Positions 17,036-27,223 of a stretch of 64,000 bases of DNA are shown piece after piece. The notes below the pieces were generated by a model. That model saw nothing but the letters and a program-made list of their open reading frames with translations, was not told the origin of the DNA and did no database searches. Positions within the stretch are counted from its first letter, which is position 1. Every line of letters begins with the position of its first letter. The stretch comes from Pseudomonadota bacterium (lineage in GTDB: Bacteria; Desulfobacterota; Syntrophia; Syntrophales; UBA8958). The DNA lies in assembly GCA_030057915.1 (NCBI GenBank), contig JASGUC010000003.1:38086-102085 (forward strand). The letters run 5' to 3'. A program made the position numbers and the translations under genes.

Positions 17036-17462
17036 TAAGGCCGATGAATCCTCGGGACCGCCCGCCACCCGCGATAGACGAGAATGGTTTTGGGAAGGCC
17101 GCCGGGGGCATTCTCATGCCTGCATCCAGGACGGTTCGGGCGCGACGAAAGGCGAAAACGCCGCCCGGGCGATCGTCGTGACGGCGTTTGACCATTCCTG
17201 GCTCAAGGCCGCCACGGACCGCCATGGATTCGTTTAAGCAGATTATCCATTGGAAATTTCACGGGTTCACGGTTCATGGCACGCCGCCGCCGCGTCCTTG
17301 GCCAACGGATCGCCTGGCGAGGACGACATAATGAAAGCGAAGACGTATTTCCGATGGTTTCCTTGGGAGTGCGTTTTTGGAAATCCATGCGACCGCTATC
17401 CGCGTATCCCGCTGATTCCGCTGCCCGCTTCCGGAGGAGGCGCCGGCGCCCCGGGGGCCGTT

Positions 17463-17942
17463 TCAATCCCGGAGCAGTTCCTCCCAGGGCAGCGTGGGAA
17501 AGGTCTTGTGGAGGGAGTGGTCGTCTTCCACGAGGTGGTAGCGAAGATCGACAAAGACGGCCTCCGCCACCGGCCGCACTTCCCGCGGAGGGACCACGTC
17601 GTCCTGAAGCCCGTGATAGAGATGGACGGGCATGGTCAAGGCGTGACCGGCATAGGGACGGAATTCCTCGAGATTGATGGCCGGCGCCAGAAGGATCAGG
17701 CGCCGGATGCGCCCCGGATGGCGGCAGGCGTAAATAGCCGCCATAAGCCCCCCGAAACTGGAGCCCACCAGTATCAGGTCCTCCTTGTCCGCCAGCATCG
17801 TTTCCAGCTTCGCCATGCGGTCCGCAAGCGAACCTATGTAATCCTCGACGATCATCCCGGGGCAGGAAGCCCGGAAATAGACCCCTTTTGTGCCCTGACT
17901 CGTGCTTTCCAGCCCGTGGATGAAAACCCTCGTTGCCGCCAT
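17463..17942 (-). CDS. alpha/beta-fold hydrolase (small esterase-like)
   Basis: 159 aa from MAATRVFIHGLEST. Nucleophile elbow GSSFGG, late Asp/His (..GLQDDVV.. / ..DDHSL..). Confidence 0.65.
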   Translation of the reverse strand: MAATRVFIHGLESTSQGTKGVYFRASCPGMIVEDYIGSLADRMAKLETMLADKEDLILVGSSFGGLMAAIYACRHPGRIRRLILLAPAINLEEFRPYAGHALTMPVHLYHGLQDDVVPPREVRPVAEAVFVDLRYHLVEDDHSLHKTFPTLPWEELLRD

Positions 17943-18053
17943 GATCCGCCTCCCTGGATTTCCGCCCGCCGCCGGTTTCCTCCAGGCGGCGCCTTGTTTC
18001 ACCGTTCCATATCATCTTTGCCGTCAAACGGGAATAGGGATCGGCGACGCCGG

Positions 18054-18158
18054 CAGGGTAAATTTGTTCTCAATGTAAGTAGTTGATCTTGGATGATCTA
18101 CTAAAACTGAGGCACGTCCTGTTTTCAGCCACTGAAGAGATAGAACAAATTTGCCCTG
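18054..18158 (+). mobile_element. MITE copy 2 (105 bp) with perfect 10-bp target-site duplication
   Basis: Same TIRs as copy 1. Flanked by GCGACGCCGG at 18044-18053 and 18159-18168. Confidence 0.85.
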
Positions 18159-18466
18159 GCGACGCCGGGCAAATACGTTCCGCTCGAAATAAGCCGAAAA
18201 TAAGGGGCCCTCATGTTTTGCCGTCGCCGGAAATCAGGCGCCGTCGGGAAGAACCAATCCCCCCGGGGCGCCGATTCCGTGGCGGAGGCGGTATTGGGGC
18301 CGGGACGATTCCCAGGGTCCGACCGGGGGCGATTTCGGAGGGCCCGATCGGAGGGCCGTTGCCTTGCCGGACGGCCATACCCGGGTTTCGGATCCCTTCC
18401 GCCGCGTTGCTTTCGCATGGCGAGTGTGGTAGAAATCCCGGAAACAAGATCGGAAAGGTTTCCTTC

Positions 18467-19705
18467 ATGGCGCTTATCGTCCCCTTTCGGGCCCTCCGTC
18501 CCGAGCGTCGCTTCGCCGCCGGAATCGCGGCCCCCCCCTATGATGTCCTGGACGCGGAGGAGGCCCGGGAGATAGCCGGTGGGAATCCCTGGAGTTTTCT
18601 CCACGTGGAGAAGTCGGAGATCGATCTTCCGGATTACCCACGGGTCGAGGAGGGGTTGGTTTTCACGACGGCCGCCCGCAATCTGGAGAAGATGCGGAGG
18701 GAGCATGTCCTCTTCCAGGACCCAACGCCCCGCCTGTACATCTATGCCCAGGAAATGGCCGGCCGTCGCCAGTATGGCGTCGTCGCCGGCGTCAGCGTCC
18801 GGGAATACGAGGCGGGGCGGATAAAGAAACACGAGCATACCCGGGCGGACAAGGAGCGGGAGCGGATCGGGCATGTGGATGCCGTCAGCGCCCAGACGGG
18901 CCCGGTTTTCGTCGCCTACCGGAAACGGGAGGACATCGACGCCATCGTGAGCCGGATCGTTCAGGGGCCGCCGGAATACGATTTCGTCGCCTCCGACGGC
19001 ATCGCCCACCAGGTTTGGGTGATCGCCGATCCGGCGGAAGTGGAACGATTGACGACGGCCTTCGAGCCGGTGCCGGCTCTCTACATCGCCGATGGCCATC
19101 ACCGGGCCTCAGCCGCCGCCGCGGTAGCCCGGAGACGCCGGGAGCGCGACCCGGCCCCTTCTCCGGATCGACCTTATGAATCGTTCCTGGCGGTTCTTTT
19201 CCCCCACGACCAGCTCCGGATCATGGCTTACAACCGCGTCGTCAGGGACCTCCATGGGCTCGACGGCCGCGATTTTTTGGCGCGCGTCGTCGAGAATTTC
19301 CATATCGGCGCCGATTTCACGGACCGCACTCCCCGCCGCCGTGGCGAGTTCGGCATGTATCTGGATGGTGCGTGGCGGCGCCTCGTCTTCCGGGAGGAAC
19401 CGCCGGCTTCTCCCGATCCGGTGCGCTCCTTGGACGTATCCATCCTCCAGGACCGCCTTCTGGGGCCGATTCTCGGCATCGGCGACCCCCGGACGGAGAG
19501 CCGCATCGACTTCATCGGCGGGATTCGGGGGATGGAGGAACTGGAACGGCTTGTGGACTCCCGGCGCTTTGCCGTGGCCTTTTCCTTGGTTCCCACCACC
19601 ATGGAGGAGCTGATGACGGTGGCCGACGCCGGTTTGGTCATGCCCCCCAAATCGACCTGGTTCGAGCCAAAGCTCCGCAGCGGTCTGTTCGTTCATCTCA
19701 TCTGA
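18467..19705 (+). CDS. DUF1015-family protein
   Basis: 412 aa from MALIVPFRALRP..APPYDV.., the characteristic DUF1015 N-terminus. The upstream part of the ORF-track ORF covers the MITE and was trimmed. Confidence 0.8.
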   Translation: MALIVPFRALRPERRFAAGIAAPPYDVLDAEEAREIAGGNPWSFLHVEKSEIDLPDYPRVEEGLVFTTAARNLEKMRREHVLFQDPTPRLYIYAQEMAGRRQYGVVAGVSVREYEAGRIKKHEHTRADKERERIGHVDAVSAQTGPVFVAYRKREDIDAIVSRIVQGPPEYDFVASDGIAHQVWVIADPAEVERLTTAFEPVPALYIADGHHRASAAAAVARRRRERDPAPSPDRPYESFLAVLFPHDQLRIMAYNRVVRDLHGLDGRDFLARVVENFHIGADFTDRTPRRRGEFGMYLDGAWRRLVFREEPPASPDPVRSLDVSILQDRLLGPILGIGDPRTESRIDFIGGIRGMEELERLVDSRRFAVAFSLVPTTMEELMTVADAGLVMPPKSTWFEPKLRSGLFVHLI

Positions 19706-19939
19706 GCGGTCCCGGGGAAGCGGCGCGGGAGCGGGACGACGCTTCCCCGGGTGTCGGATTCGCCGCGCCGCGCCGCGCCGCTTCGCGGCCGGGCCGGCGG
19801 ATATTCGCCGATGGCGGCCGGGCCGGGGTCGTTTTTGCGGTGCCTATGTCTTGGCTGGCCCGCGTCGGGGACCCGCCCCCGGGCGCGAAGCGACCGGCCT
19901 GATGCCTTGAGAGCGACCGGAGGCGAGGCGTCGTGAAGC

Positions 19940-20752
19940 ATGTGGAAAGGACCTGGAATGGCGAAAACGGACGGCGCGGAACCGGCCGATAGCCGGCGCC
20001 GGAACGGGGAAACGGTGGACGAACTCCTGGGAGGGCGCCTGCGGGTGATCCAGGGGCGCCGGGGCTATCGCTTTTCCCTGGATGCCCTGTTGCTGGCCAA
20101 TTTCGTCCGGATGAGGAAGGGCGCCTCCCTGCTGGATCTGGGGACGGGCAGCGCCGTGATCCCCATGCTCCTGTGCCGCCGTTGGGGCTGCGCCCGGGCC
20201 GTGGGGGTGGAGATCCAGAGCGAACTGGCCGACATGGCCCGGCGGAGCCTGGAACTCAACGCCCTCGAAGGGACCATCGCCATCGTCGAGGGCGATGTGC
20301 GAGAAGCGGCCCAACTGGTTCCCGCCCGATCCTTCGATGTGGTTACCTGCAACCCCCCCTACCGGAGGTTGCGCTCGGGGCGGATCAACCCCCTGGCGCA
20401 GAAGGCACGGGCCCGCCATGAGCTATGCGGGGGCCTGGACGACTTCCTCCGGGCGGCCGCCTACGCCGTCTGTCCAGACGGCCATGTCTTTGCCATCTAT
20501 CCCGCCCGCCGGCTGGCGGAGCTGATCTTCCGGATGCGCCGCCACCGCCTGGAGCCGAAACGACTCCGGATGGTCCATTCCCGGAAGGAAATGGTGGGGG
20601 AGTTCGTCCTGGCGGAGGGGCGTCCCGGGGCGGGGGAGGAACTGACGGTGCTGCCGCCCCTGTTTATCTACGGGGCGGGGCAGGAATATACCGCGGCCAT
20701 GGAGGAAATCTTCAGCGATCTTTGCGCTTTTCCAGAAAACGACGACGACTGA
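19940..20752 (+). CDS. SAM-dependent methyltransferase, tRNA (adenine-N6) TrmN6/YfiC-like
   Basis: ..GYRFSLDALLLA.., SAM motif DLGTGSAVI, catalytic NPPY (VTCNPPY). Start may be ATG 19958. Confidence 0.75.
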   Translation: MWKGPGMAKTDGAEPADSRRRNGETVDELLGGRLRVIQGRRGYRFSLDALLLANFVRMRKGASLLDLGTGSAVIPMLLCRRWGCARAVGVEIQSELADMARRSLELNALEGTIAIVEGDVREAAQLVPARSFDVVTCNPPYRRLRSGRINPLAQKARARHELCGGLDDFLRAAAYAVCPDGHVFAIYPARRLAELIFRMRRHRLEPKRLRMVHSRKEMVGEFVLAEGRPGAGEELTVLPPLFIYGAGQEYTAAMEEIFSDLCAFPENDDD

Positions 20753-21215
20753 TGGCCCTCGTCATCACCCGCCGGAGGATCTCCTGAAGTTCCGGGTCGG
20801 AAACCTGGGCCAGGCTCTCTTTCATGAGCCGCTTGTCCCGGGGGGTCAGATCGAGGTTCGTGGCGGCGGGGACAGCCTCACCATCCGGACGGGCCGGGGC
20901 CGCGATGACGCCCACGGTCAGATGCAGCTCCCGCACCGCTCCCTTGCCGTGGAGTTCGTTGAAGCGCTGCAAGATATCCTTTTTCAGGAACTGGAGATGA
21001 TGGACCCAGACCGGGGAGGACACCTTGACGTAGAGCACGCCCCTCTTGATGTTTTCCGGGGCCGTTTCGGCGGCGATCCCGTCCCCCACCGTCTCGTTCC
21101 AGACCCGGCGCAGATAGGGGTCGCCGATGGTTAGGGGAAGCCCCCGTTTTTTAACGACCTTCTGGAGGATAGCGGCGAGGGGGAAAGGTTTGAATGGGGA
21201 ACGCCGTCGGGCCAT
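20712..21215 (-). CDS. DUF721 / DciA-like protein
   Basis: 167 aa. ..W.E.VG..IA..T.P..I..GVLYV.V.S..W...L.F.K..IL..FN.. pattern typical of DUF721. The 3' end overlaps the convergent methyltransferase by 41 nt. Confidence 0.65.
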   Translation of the reverse strand: MARRRSPFKPFPLAAILQKVVKKRGLPLTIGDPYLRRVWNETVGDGIAAETAPENIKRGVLYVKVSSPVWVHHLQFLKKDILQRFNELHGKGAVRELHLTVGVIAAPARPDGEAVPAATNLDLTPRDKRLMKESLAQVSDPELQEILRRVMTRAISRRRFLEKRKDR

Positions 21216-21242
21216 GCATCAGCTCCTCGTCAAGCACAAAAG

Positions 21243-21967
<725 letters not shown>

Positions 21968-22033
21968 GAAAGGGCGGCTCGCTTCTTGGAGGCCGCTCCC
22001 TGCGGGAGTTCCGGCCCCAAGGTCCTGGAATTA

Positions 22034-22152
22034 GAGCTTTGAAAAATGTCATTTCGAGGAGCGCGAGCGACGAGAAATCCTAATCATGGCGGTTTGTCAA
22101 AGATTTCTCCCTTCGGTCGAAATGACAAAAATGGCGGTTATTCAAAGCTCTC
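22034..22152. repeat. TIR-bounded element whose core is palindromic element copy 3 (22047-22127)
   Basis: GAGCTTTGAAAAA at the left end and TTATTCAAAGCTCTC at the right end. The core TGTCATTTCGA...TCGAAATGACA has its arms in the opposite order to copies 1 and 2. Confidence 0.75.
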
Positions 22153-22266
22153 GGAATGGGAACACCAGCGGTATGCCGGCCGCTCCCCGCGGACGTTCCG
22201 ACCCCCGCTTCCCGCCGCCGCCGCGGCGGGGCGGGAACTGTCCGCCCCCAGATGGCGACCCCGATC

Positions 22267-22797
22267 CTAAAGGATTTTCCTCAGTTCCTCCACAAAGACC
22301 TCGTAAGTTTCCCGGTCGAAGAGGACGAAGCGGATCAGCTCGATATCCTCGTGGTCCCTCAGGTATTCCACGGCGGTTTTCAGGGCGATGTGGGCCGCCT
22401 CGCCCAGGGGATAGCTGTAGATGCCCGTGCTGATGGCCGGGAAGGCCACGCTTTTCAGCTTCCGGGCCGCCGCCAGCTTTAGGCTCTCGGCGTAGGCGCT
22501 CCGGAGCAGGTTCGCCTCTCCCCGGCCGCCGCCCCGATAGACCGGCCCCACCGTGTGGATCACGTACCGGGCCTTCAATTTGCCCGCCGTGGTAATCACG
22601 GCCTGTCCGGTGGGACAGCCGCCGATCAGGCGGCATTCGTCCATGATGGACGGCCCGCCGGCCCGGTGGATGGCCCCGTCCACTCCGGCGCCCCCGGCGA
22701 GGCGGGAGTTGGCGGCATTGACGATGGCCTCCGTTTCTTCCAGGACGATATCCCCCTGGACCAGGGACAGGGCGCCCTTGTTTATCTTCACCTCCAT
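22267..22797 (-). CDS. macro-domain protein (O-acetyl-ADP-ribose deacetylase, YmdB-like)
   Basis: 176 aa from MEVKIN with GGAGG SD. Motifs AIVNAAN, GGGVDGAIH and FPAISTGIY. Confidence 0.9.
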   Translation of the reverse strand: MEVKINKGALSLVQGDIVLEETEAIVNAANSRLAGGAGVDGAIHRAGGPSIMDECRLIGGCPTGQAVITTAGKLKARYVIHTVGPVYRGGGRGEANLLRSAYAESLKLAAARKLKSVAFPAISTGIYSYPLGEAAHIALKTAVEYLRDHEDIELIRFVLFDRETYEVFVEELRKIL

Positions 22798-22934
22798 GAC
22801 GATCGCCTCCGGGATGCTGCTGTTGTCTTGGTCTTTCGAGCCCATTGCAAAGGTCTCGCGATAAGGCGCCTCAAGGGACGTGGATCGCTATTAGCATAAA
22901 GGCGCCGCCCTTTCAATCCGTTCCCGCCCCGGGA

Positions 22935-23037
22935 CGGGGTAACTTTGTTCTCAATGTAAGTAGCGATCTTGAATGATCTACTAAAACTGAGGCGCGTCCT
23001 GTTGTCAGCCACTTAGAGATAGAACAAATTTATCGTG
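22935..23037 (+). mobile_element. MITE copy 3 (older, degraded ends)
   Basis: Colinear with copies 1 and 2. Flanks CGCCCCGGGA / CGCCCCTCCT share only the first 6 nt. Confidence 0.7.
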
Positions 23038-23211
23038 CGCCCCTCCTGGCCGGGGCCAATTCGTCCTTCCCGCGGGCGCTCGATTTCATGCGGTCGCAAC
23101 GCATGGGAGATCCGTTATGTTTGGCCTATTTCGTGGGGAAAGACTTTGGCTTACGCCCCTGCGGTCGGTGCTTGGCCGTGGAATCTCTAACGGAGAATCC
23201 GGGTTTAACAC

Positions 23212-24057
23212 CTACTCCCCTGCGGTCGGGGCTTGGCCCTTTTCGTCCCCTCCTTCCGACCGGGGTATGGTGGCCGCCTTTATTTCCCGGACGAAGAGGG
23301 CGGCCCGGGCAAACAGGTCTCGCTCTTCGCCGTGCACGGCGAGCCATTTGACCAGGGCGCTGCCGATGATCACCCCGTCGGCGTGCGCGGCGAAGCTCCG
23401 CACCTGGGCCGGCGTGGAGATGCCGAAGCCCACCGCCACGGGAAGATCGGTCCGGCGTCGGATCCGTTGGAGATCGGGAAGCGCCTCCGCGACCTTCGGG
23501 GTCTTCGTTCCCGTGACCCCGGTCACGGAGATGTAATAGATGAATCCCGCGGCCCCCCTGACGATCCCGGCCAGCCGGCGGTCGTCGGTGGTCGGGGCGA
23601 CCAGGGCGATGAGGTCCAGACCCCGGGGATGGGTGAATTGCCGCAACTCCGCCGCCTCCTCGGGGGGCAGGTCCACCACGAGGAGGCCATCCACCCCCGC
23701 CGCCGCGGCCTGCCGGGCGAACCGCTCGTTGCCGTAGGCGAAGACGGGGTTGTAATAGGTGAAAAGGACGATGGGAAGATCCGACGCCCGGCGGAGACGG
23801 GCGATCATGTCGAGGATGGCGGCTAGGTTGGTCCCCGCCCGGAGGGAGCGTTGGGCCGCCTCCTGAATGACCGGGCCGTCCGCCGTGGGGTCGGAGAAGG
23901 GGACGCCGATCTCCAGGATGTCCGCCCCGGCCTCCTCCAGGACGGGGATCAGGGCCTCCGTCCGTTGCAGGTTCGGATCGCCGGCGGTAAGATAGAGGAT
24001 CAGGGCCTTTTCCCCCCGACTCCGCAAGGTCCGGAATCTCTTTTCGATACGGTTCAT
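23212..24057 (-). CDS. trpA: tryptophan synthase alpha chain
   Basis: 281 aa from [32 protein letters not shown].. 4-nt overlap with trpB. Confidence 0.95.
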   Translation of the reverse strand: MNRIEKRFRTLRSRGEKALILYLTAGDPNLQRTEALIPVLEEAGADILEIGVPFSDPTADGPVIQEAAQRSLRAGTNLAAILDMIARLRRASDLPIVLFTYYNPVFAYGNERFARQAAAAGVDGLLVVDLPPEEAAELRQFTHPRGLDLIALVAPTTDDRRLAGIVRGAAGFIYYISVTGVTGTKTPKVAEALPDLQRIRRRTDLPVAVGFGISTPAQVRSFAAHADGVIIGSALVKWLAVHGEERDLFARAALFVREIKAATIPRSEGGDEKGQAPTAGE

Positions 24058-25250
24058 CGTTTCTCCTCCTTTTGGGCGGCCACAATGTCCATGTCCTTGT
24101 CCCCCCGGCCGGAGAGGCAGACGATCACGATCTGGTCCCGGCCTAGCGTCGGGGCCAGCTTCATCGCATGGGCGACGGCGTGGGCGCTTTCCATGGCGGG
24201 CATGATGCCCTCGCAGGTCGTCAGGAACCGGAAGGCCGCCAGGGCCTCCGCGTCGGTGACGGACAGATACCGGGCCCGCCCGGTGGCATGGAAGTGGCTG
24301 TGCTCCGGCCCCACCCCGGGGTAGTCGAGCCCGGCGGAGATGGAGTGGGCGTCCCGCACCTGTCCGTGCCCGTCCTGGAGGAGATAGGTCTTGTTGCCGT
24401 GAAGGACCCCCACGGCGCCGGCGGAGATGCTGGCGGCATGAAGACCCGTGGGGATGCCCTTGCCACCGGCTTCCACGCCGATCATGGCCGTGTCGCCGTC
24501 CTTGCGGAAGGGATGGAACAGCCCCATGGCATTGCTGCCGCCGCCGACGCAGGCCACGAGATAATCGGGGAGGCGTCCCTCCTTTTTGAGGATCTGCCGG
24601 CGGGCCTCCCGGCCGATGACGCTCTGGAAGTCCCGGACCATGCGCGGATAAGGATGGGGGCCGGCGGTGGTGCCGATGACGTAGAAGGTGTCCCGGATTC
24701 GGGCCGCCCAGTGGCGCATCGCCTCGTTCATGGCGTCCTTCAGGGTGGCCGTTCCGGAGGCGACCGGGGTCACCCGCGCCCCCAGCATCTCCATCCGGAA
24801 GACGTTGGACGCCTGCCGCCGGATGTCCTCCTCCCCCATGAAGATCTGGCATTCCATGCCGAAGAGGGCGGCGACGGTGGCGGTGGCCACGCCGTGCTGG
24901 CCCGCGCCGGTTTCGGCGATGATCCGTTTCTTCCCCATCCTCCGGGCCAGGAGGGCCTGGCCGAGCGTGTTGTTGATCTTGTGGGCCCCCGTGTGGTTGA
25001 GGTCCTCCCGTTTCAGATAGATCCGGGCGCCTCCCAGGCGGCGGGTGATATTGGCGGCGAAGTAGAGCGGGGTCTCCCGGCCGGCGTAATCGTGAAGGCA
25101 GTGGCGGAAGTCTCTCCGGAAGGCCGGGTCCCGGGCCGCCCGGCGATAGGCGTCTTCCAACTCGATCAGGGCGGGCATGAGGGTCTCGGCTACATAGCGG
25201 CCCCCGAAGGCCCCGAAATGCCCCTGTTTGTCCGGCAGCTCTCTTCTCAT
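24054..25250 (-). CDS. trpB: tryptophan synthase beta chain
   Basis: 398 aa from [20 protein letters not shown] with GAGGAG SD. PLP site HTGAHKINN. Confidence 0.95.
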   Translation of the reverse strand: MRRELPDKQGHFGAFGGRYVAETLMPALIELEDAYRRAARDPAFRRDFRHCLHDYAGRETPLYFAANITRRLGGARIYLKREDLNHTGAHKINNTLGQALLARRMGKKRIIAETGAGQHGVATATVAALFGMECQIFMGEEDIRRQASNVFRMEMLGARVTPVASGTATLKDAMNEAMRHWAARIRDTFYVIGTTAGPHPYPRMVRDFQSVIGREARRQILKKEGRLPDYLVACVGGGSNAMGLFHPFRKDGDTAMIGVEAGGKGIPTGLHAASISAGAVGVLHGNKTYLLQDGHGQVRDAHSISAGLDYPGVGPEHSHFHATGRARYLSVTDAEALAAFRFLTTCEGIMPAMESAHAVAHAMKLAPTLGRDQIVIVCLSGRGDKDMDIVAAQKEEKR

Positions 25251-25374
25251 GGTCTCCTCGCTTGGCTTATTTTGTGATTTCGTGATCATGCCTGTCATCC
25301 CGGCGTTCTCCCCGCAAGGGGAGGGCCGGGGTCGGGGCGAACTTACCTTCGCCCCGCCATTGCCGGCCGCCGAC

Positions 25375-26049
25375 CTATCCTCGTCCCCGGGCCAGGAAGA
25401 TGGCGTCCCGGTCTTCCCCGTTTGCCCGCTGGTCCGCTTCCCGGATGAGGCGGATGATCTCCGCCACCTTGGCCGGATCCTTAACCCCCGGCGCCGACTC
25501 CACGCCACTGTTGATGTCCACGGCCCGGGGCCGGACCGTCCGCAGGGCTGCGCGGATGTTTTCCCCGTTGAGCCCCCCGGCCAGGATCACCCGGCCCCTT
25601 TCCCCGAGCCGGGCCGCCAAACCCCAGGAGGCCGCCTTCCCCGTGCCCCCGTAACGGTCGCCGTCCCGGGCATCCACGAGGATCGCCGTCACCGGGTAAA
25701 GGACCGCCCGGTGGAGATCCGCCTCCGTGGTCAGGGGGAGGGCCTTGATCAGGAGGCGGTGGTCGGCGAGGTCCCGGCAGTAGGCCGGACTTTCATCGCC
25801 GTGGAGCTGGAGCATATCCAGACCGCAGGTTGCCGCCGTCTCCCCGATTACCGCCGCCTCCTCGTTGACGAAGACCCCGACCCGGCAAACCCGGGCGGGG
25901 AGGCGGGCGATGATCGCCGCCGCGGCCGCCGGGGTGACGCCGCGGGGGGTTCCCCGGTAAAAGATGAATCCCAGCGCGTCGGCCCCGCAGGCGACGGCGT
26001 GTTCGGCGTCTTCCCGGCGGGTGATGCCGCAGATCTTGATTTCGGTCAT
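25375..26049 (-). CDS. trpF: phosphoribosylanthranilate isomerase
   Basis: 224 aa, [17 protein letters not shown].. 4-nt overlap with trpC. Confidence 0.9.
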   Translation of the reverse strand: MTEIKICGITRREDAEHAVACGADALGFIFYRGTPRGVTPAAAAAIIARLPARVCRVGVFVNEEAAVIGETAATCGLDMLQLHGDESPAYCRDLADHRLLIKALPLTTEADLHRAVLYPVTAILVDARDGDRYGGTGKAASWGLAARLGERGRVILAGGLNGENIRAALRTVRPRAVDINSGVESAPGVKDPAKVAEIIRLIREADQRANGEDRDAIFLARGRG

Positions 26050-26840
26050 GGGCGGACCTCCTCCCCCCGCAGCTCCCGCAGTTTTCCTCCGATGTCCTCC
26101 GCCCGCATCAGGGCCTCGCCGACCAGAAAGGCATTATAACCGGCCTGTCGCAACAGCTCCACGTCCCGGCGGCGGGCGATGCCGCTTTCGCTCACCTTTA
26201 CGACGCCCGCCGGGATCGACGGGGCCAGGCGCAGGGAAACCCCGAGATCGGTGACGAAGCTGGCGAGATCGCGGTTGTTGACCCCGATCGCCGGCGCCCC
26301 GGCGGCGAGGCCCCGCGCCAGTTCCTCTCCGTTTCGCACCTCCACCAGCGGCGTCATGCCCAGCTCCTGGGTCAGGGCGACGAGGTCCGCCAGGATTTCG
26401 CCGGGCAGGGCCCGGGCGATCAGGAGGAGGGCGTCGCCACCTAAGCGGCGCGTTTCGTAAACCTGGTAGGGATCGATCAGGAAGTCCTTTCTCAGCAGCG
26501 GGAGGCCCACCGTCTTCCGGATTTCCTCCAGGAAGCGGCCGTGGCCCTGGAAAAAAGACCGTTCCGTGAGGACCGAGATCGCCGCGGCGCCATGGGCCTC
26601 GTATATCCCGGCGATGGCGCGGGGATCGAAAGCCTCCCGGATGATCCCCCGGGACGGCGAGGCCTTTTTTATCTCCGCGATGATCCCGCTTCCCCGGCCC
26701 GTCAGGGCTTCCCGAAAATTCCGGGGTGGCGGGAGATCGCCAAGAATGGCCCGGAGTTCCCGCAGCGGCGTAAGCCTTTTGGTCTCCGCAAGCTCCGCTG
26801 CCTTTGCCGCCATAATCCTTGCTAAAAGATTCTCCTTCAT
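26046..26840 (-). CDS. trpC: indole-3-glycerol-phosphate synthase
   Basis: 264 aa with ..IIAEIKKASPS.G.I.., ..LRKDF.. and ..IGVNNRDL.. Confidence 0.9.
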   Translation of the reverse strand: MKENLLARIMAAKAAELAETKRLTPLRELRAILGDLPPPRNFREALTGRGSGIIAEIKKASPSRGIIREAFDPRAIAGIYEAHGAAAISVLTERSFFQGHGRFLEEIRKTVGLPLLRKDFLIDPYQVYETRRLGGDALLLIARALPGEILADLVALTQELGMTPLVEVRNGEELARGLAAGAPAIGVNNRDLASFVTDLGVSLRLAPSIPAGVVKVSESGIARRRDVELLRQAGYNAFLVGEALMRAEDIGGKLRELRGEEVRP

Positions 26841-26914
26841 CGCATCCTTCGTGTCGAATCGGTAAAAGGTCCTAGATTCGCCGTATTCGCCGGCGTCGTA
26901 AAATGCCCCGCCGT

Positions 26915-27031
26915 CTCCCCTGGAAACCGAGACCTCCTTGTCCTGGTGGGCGCCTCCCCTGGAAACCGAGACCTCCTTGTCCTGGTGGGCGCCTCTCCTA
27001 GGGACCGAGGCGTCCTTGGCCTGGCGCCGCC
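26915..27031. repeat. 39-nt tandem repeat, two perfect units plus one degenerate unit
   Basis: CTCCCCTGGAAACCGAGACCTCCTTGTCCTGGTGGGCGC at 26915-26953 and 26954-26992. A degenerate third unit lies at 26993-27031. In the trpD-trpC spacer. Confidence 0.85.
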
Positions 27032-27043
27032 GGGGCCCAGGTC

Positions 27044-27175
27044 GAGACCTCTGAAAAATGCCGTTCCCCAGTCCCCCTCCTCATCCCGGTGGCAGCCGGA
27101 ATAGTGTGTTTTCACGGTATTCCCGACCCCGGATTTTACCGGGACGACAGGAAAACGTGGCTTTTCAAGGGTCTC
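27044..27175. repeat. TIR-bounded ~130-bp element inside the trp operon
   Basis: GAGACCTCTGAAAAA at the left end and CTTTTCAAGGGTCTC at the right end, 132 bp, between trpD and trpC. Confidence 0.75.
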
Positions 27176-27223
27176 GGGTTGGGAAGCCGCGCCCCGGCGG
27201 GACGTTTCCCGCCGCCCTCACGC

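Noticed and set aside
17330-17470. Small + strand ORF MKAKTYFRWFPWECVFGNPCDRYP.. in the spacer between MITE copy 1 and the hydrolase gene.
   Set aside because: The frame simply runs on antisense through the hydrolase gene, there is no SD, and there are no motifs.
16926-18158. Two same-orientation MITE copies bracket the alpha/beta hydrolase gene, resembling a composite transposon.
   Set aside because: Each copy has its own perfect 10-bp duplication (TAAGGCCGAT and GCGACGCCGG), and the outer flanks do not match each other. The two copies therefore inserted independently rather than moving as one unit.
19711-19751. 12-bp inverted repeat CCCGGGGAAGCG..CGCTTCCCCGGG just after the DUF1015 gene, considered as a terminator.
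   Set aside because: There is no U tract after the stem and the loop is 17 nt. It may be a protein-binding or RNA-stabilising hairpin, but a terminator call is not supportable.
23155-23237. 22-nt direct repeat CCCCTGCGGTCGG(T/G)GCTTGGCC at 23155-23176 and 23216-23237. The second copy encodes the last residues of TrpA. Considered as a possible att-like scar.
   Set aside because: The copies are only 61 nt apart, there is no integrase or island between or beside them, and there are only two short copies. It is most simply a local duplication at the gene end.
26915-27031. 39-nt tandem repeat, considered as a possible CRISPR array.
   Set aside because: The units are directly adjacent with no spacers, there are only 2-3 units, and no cas genes are in the window.
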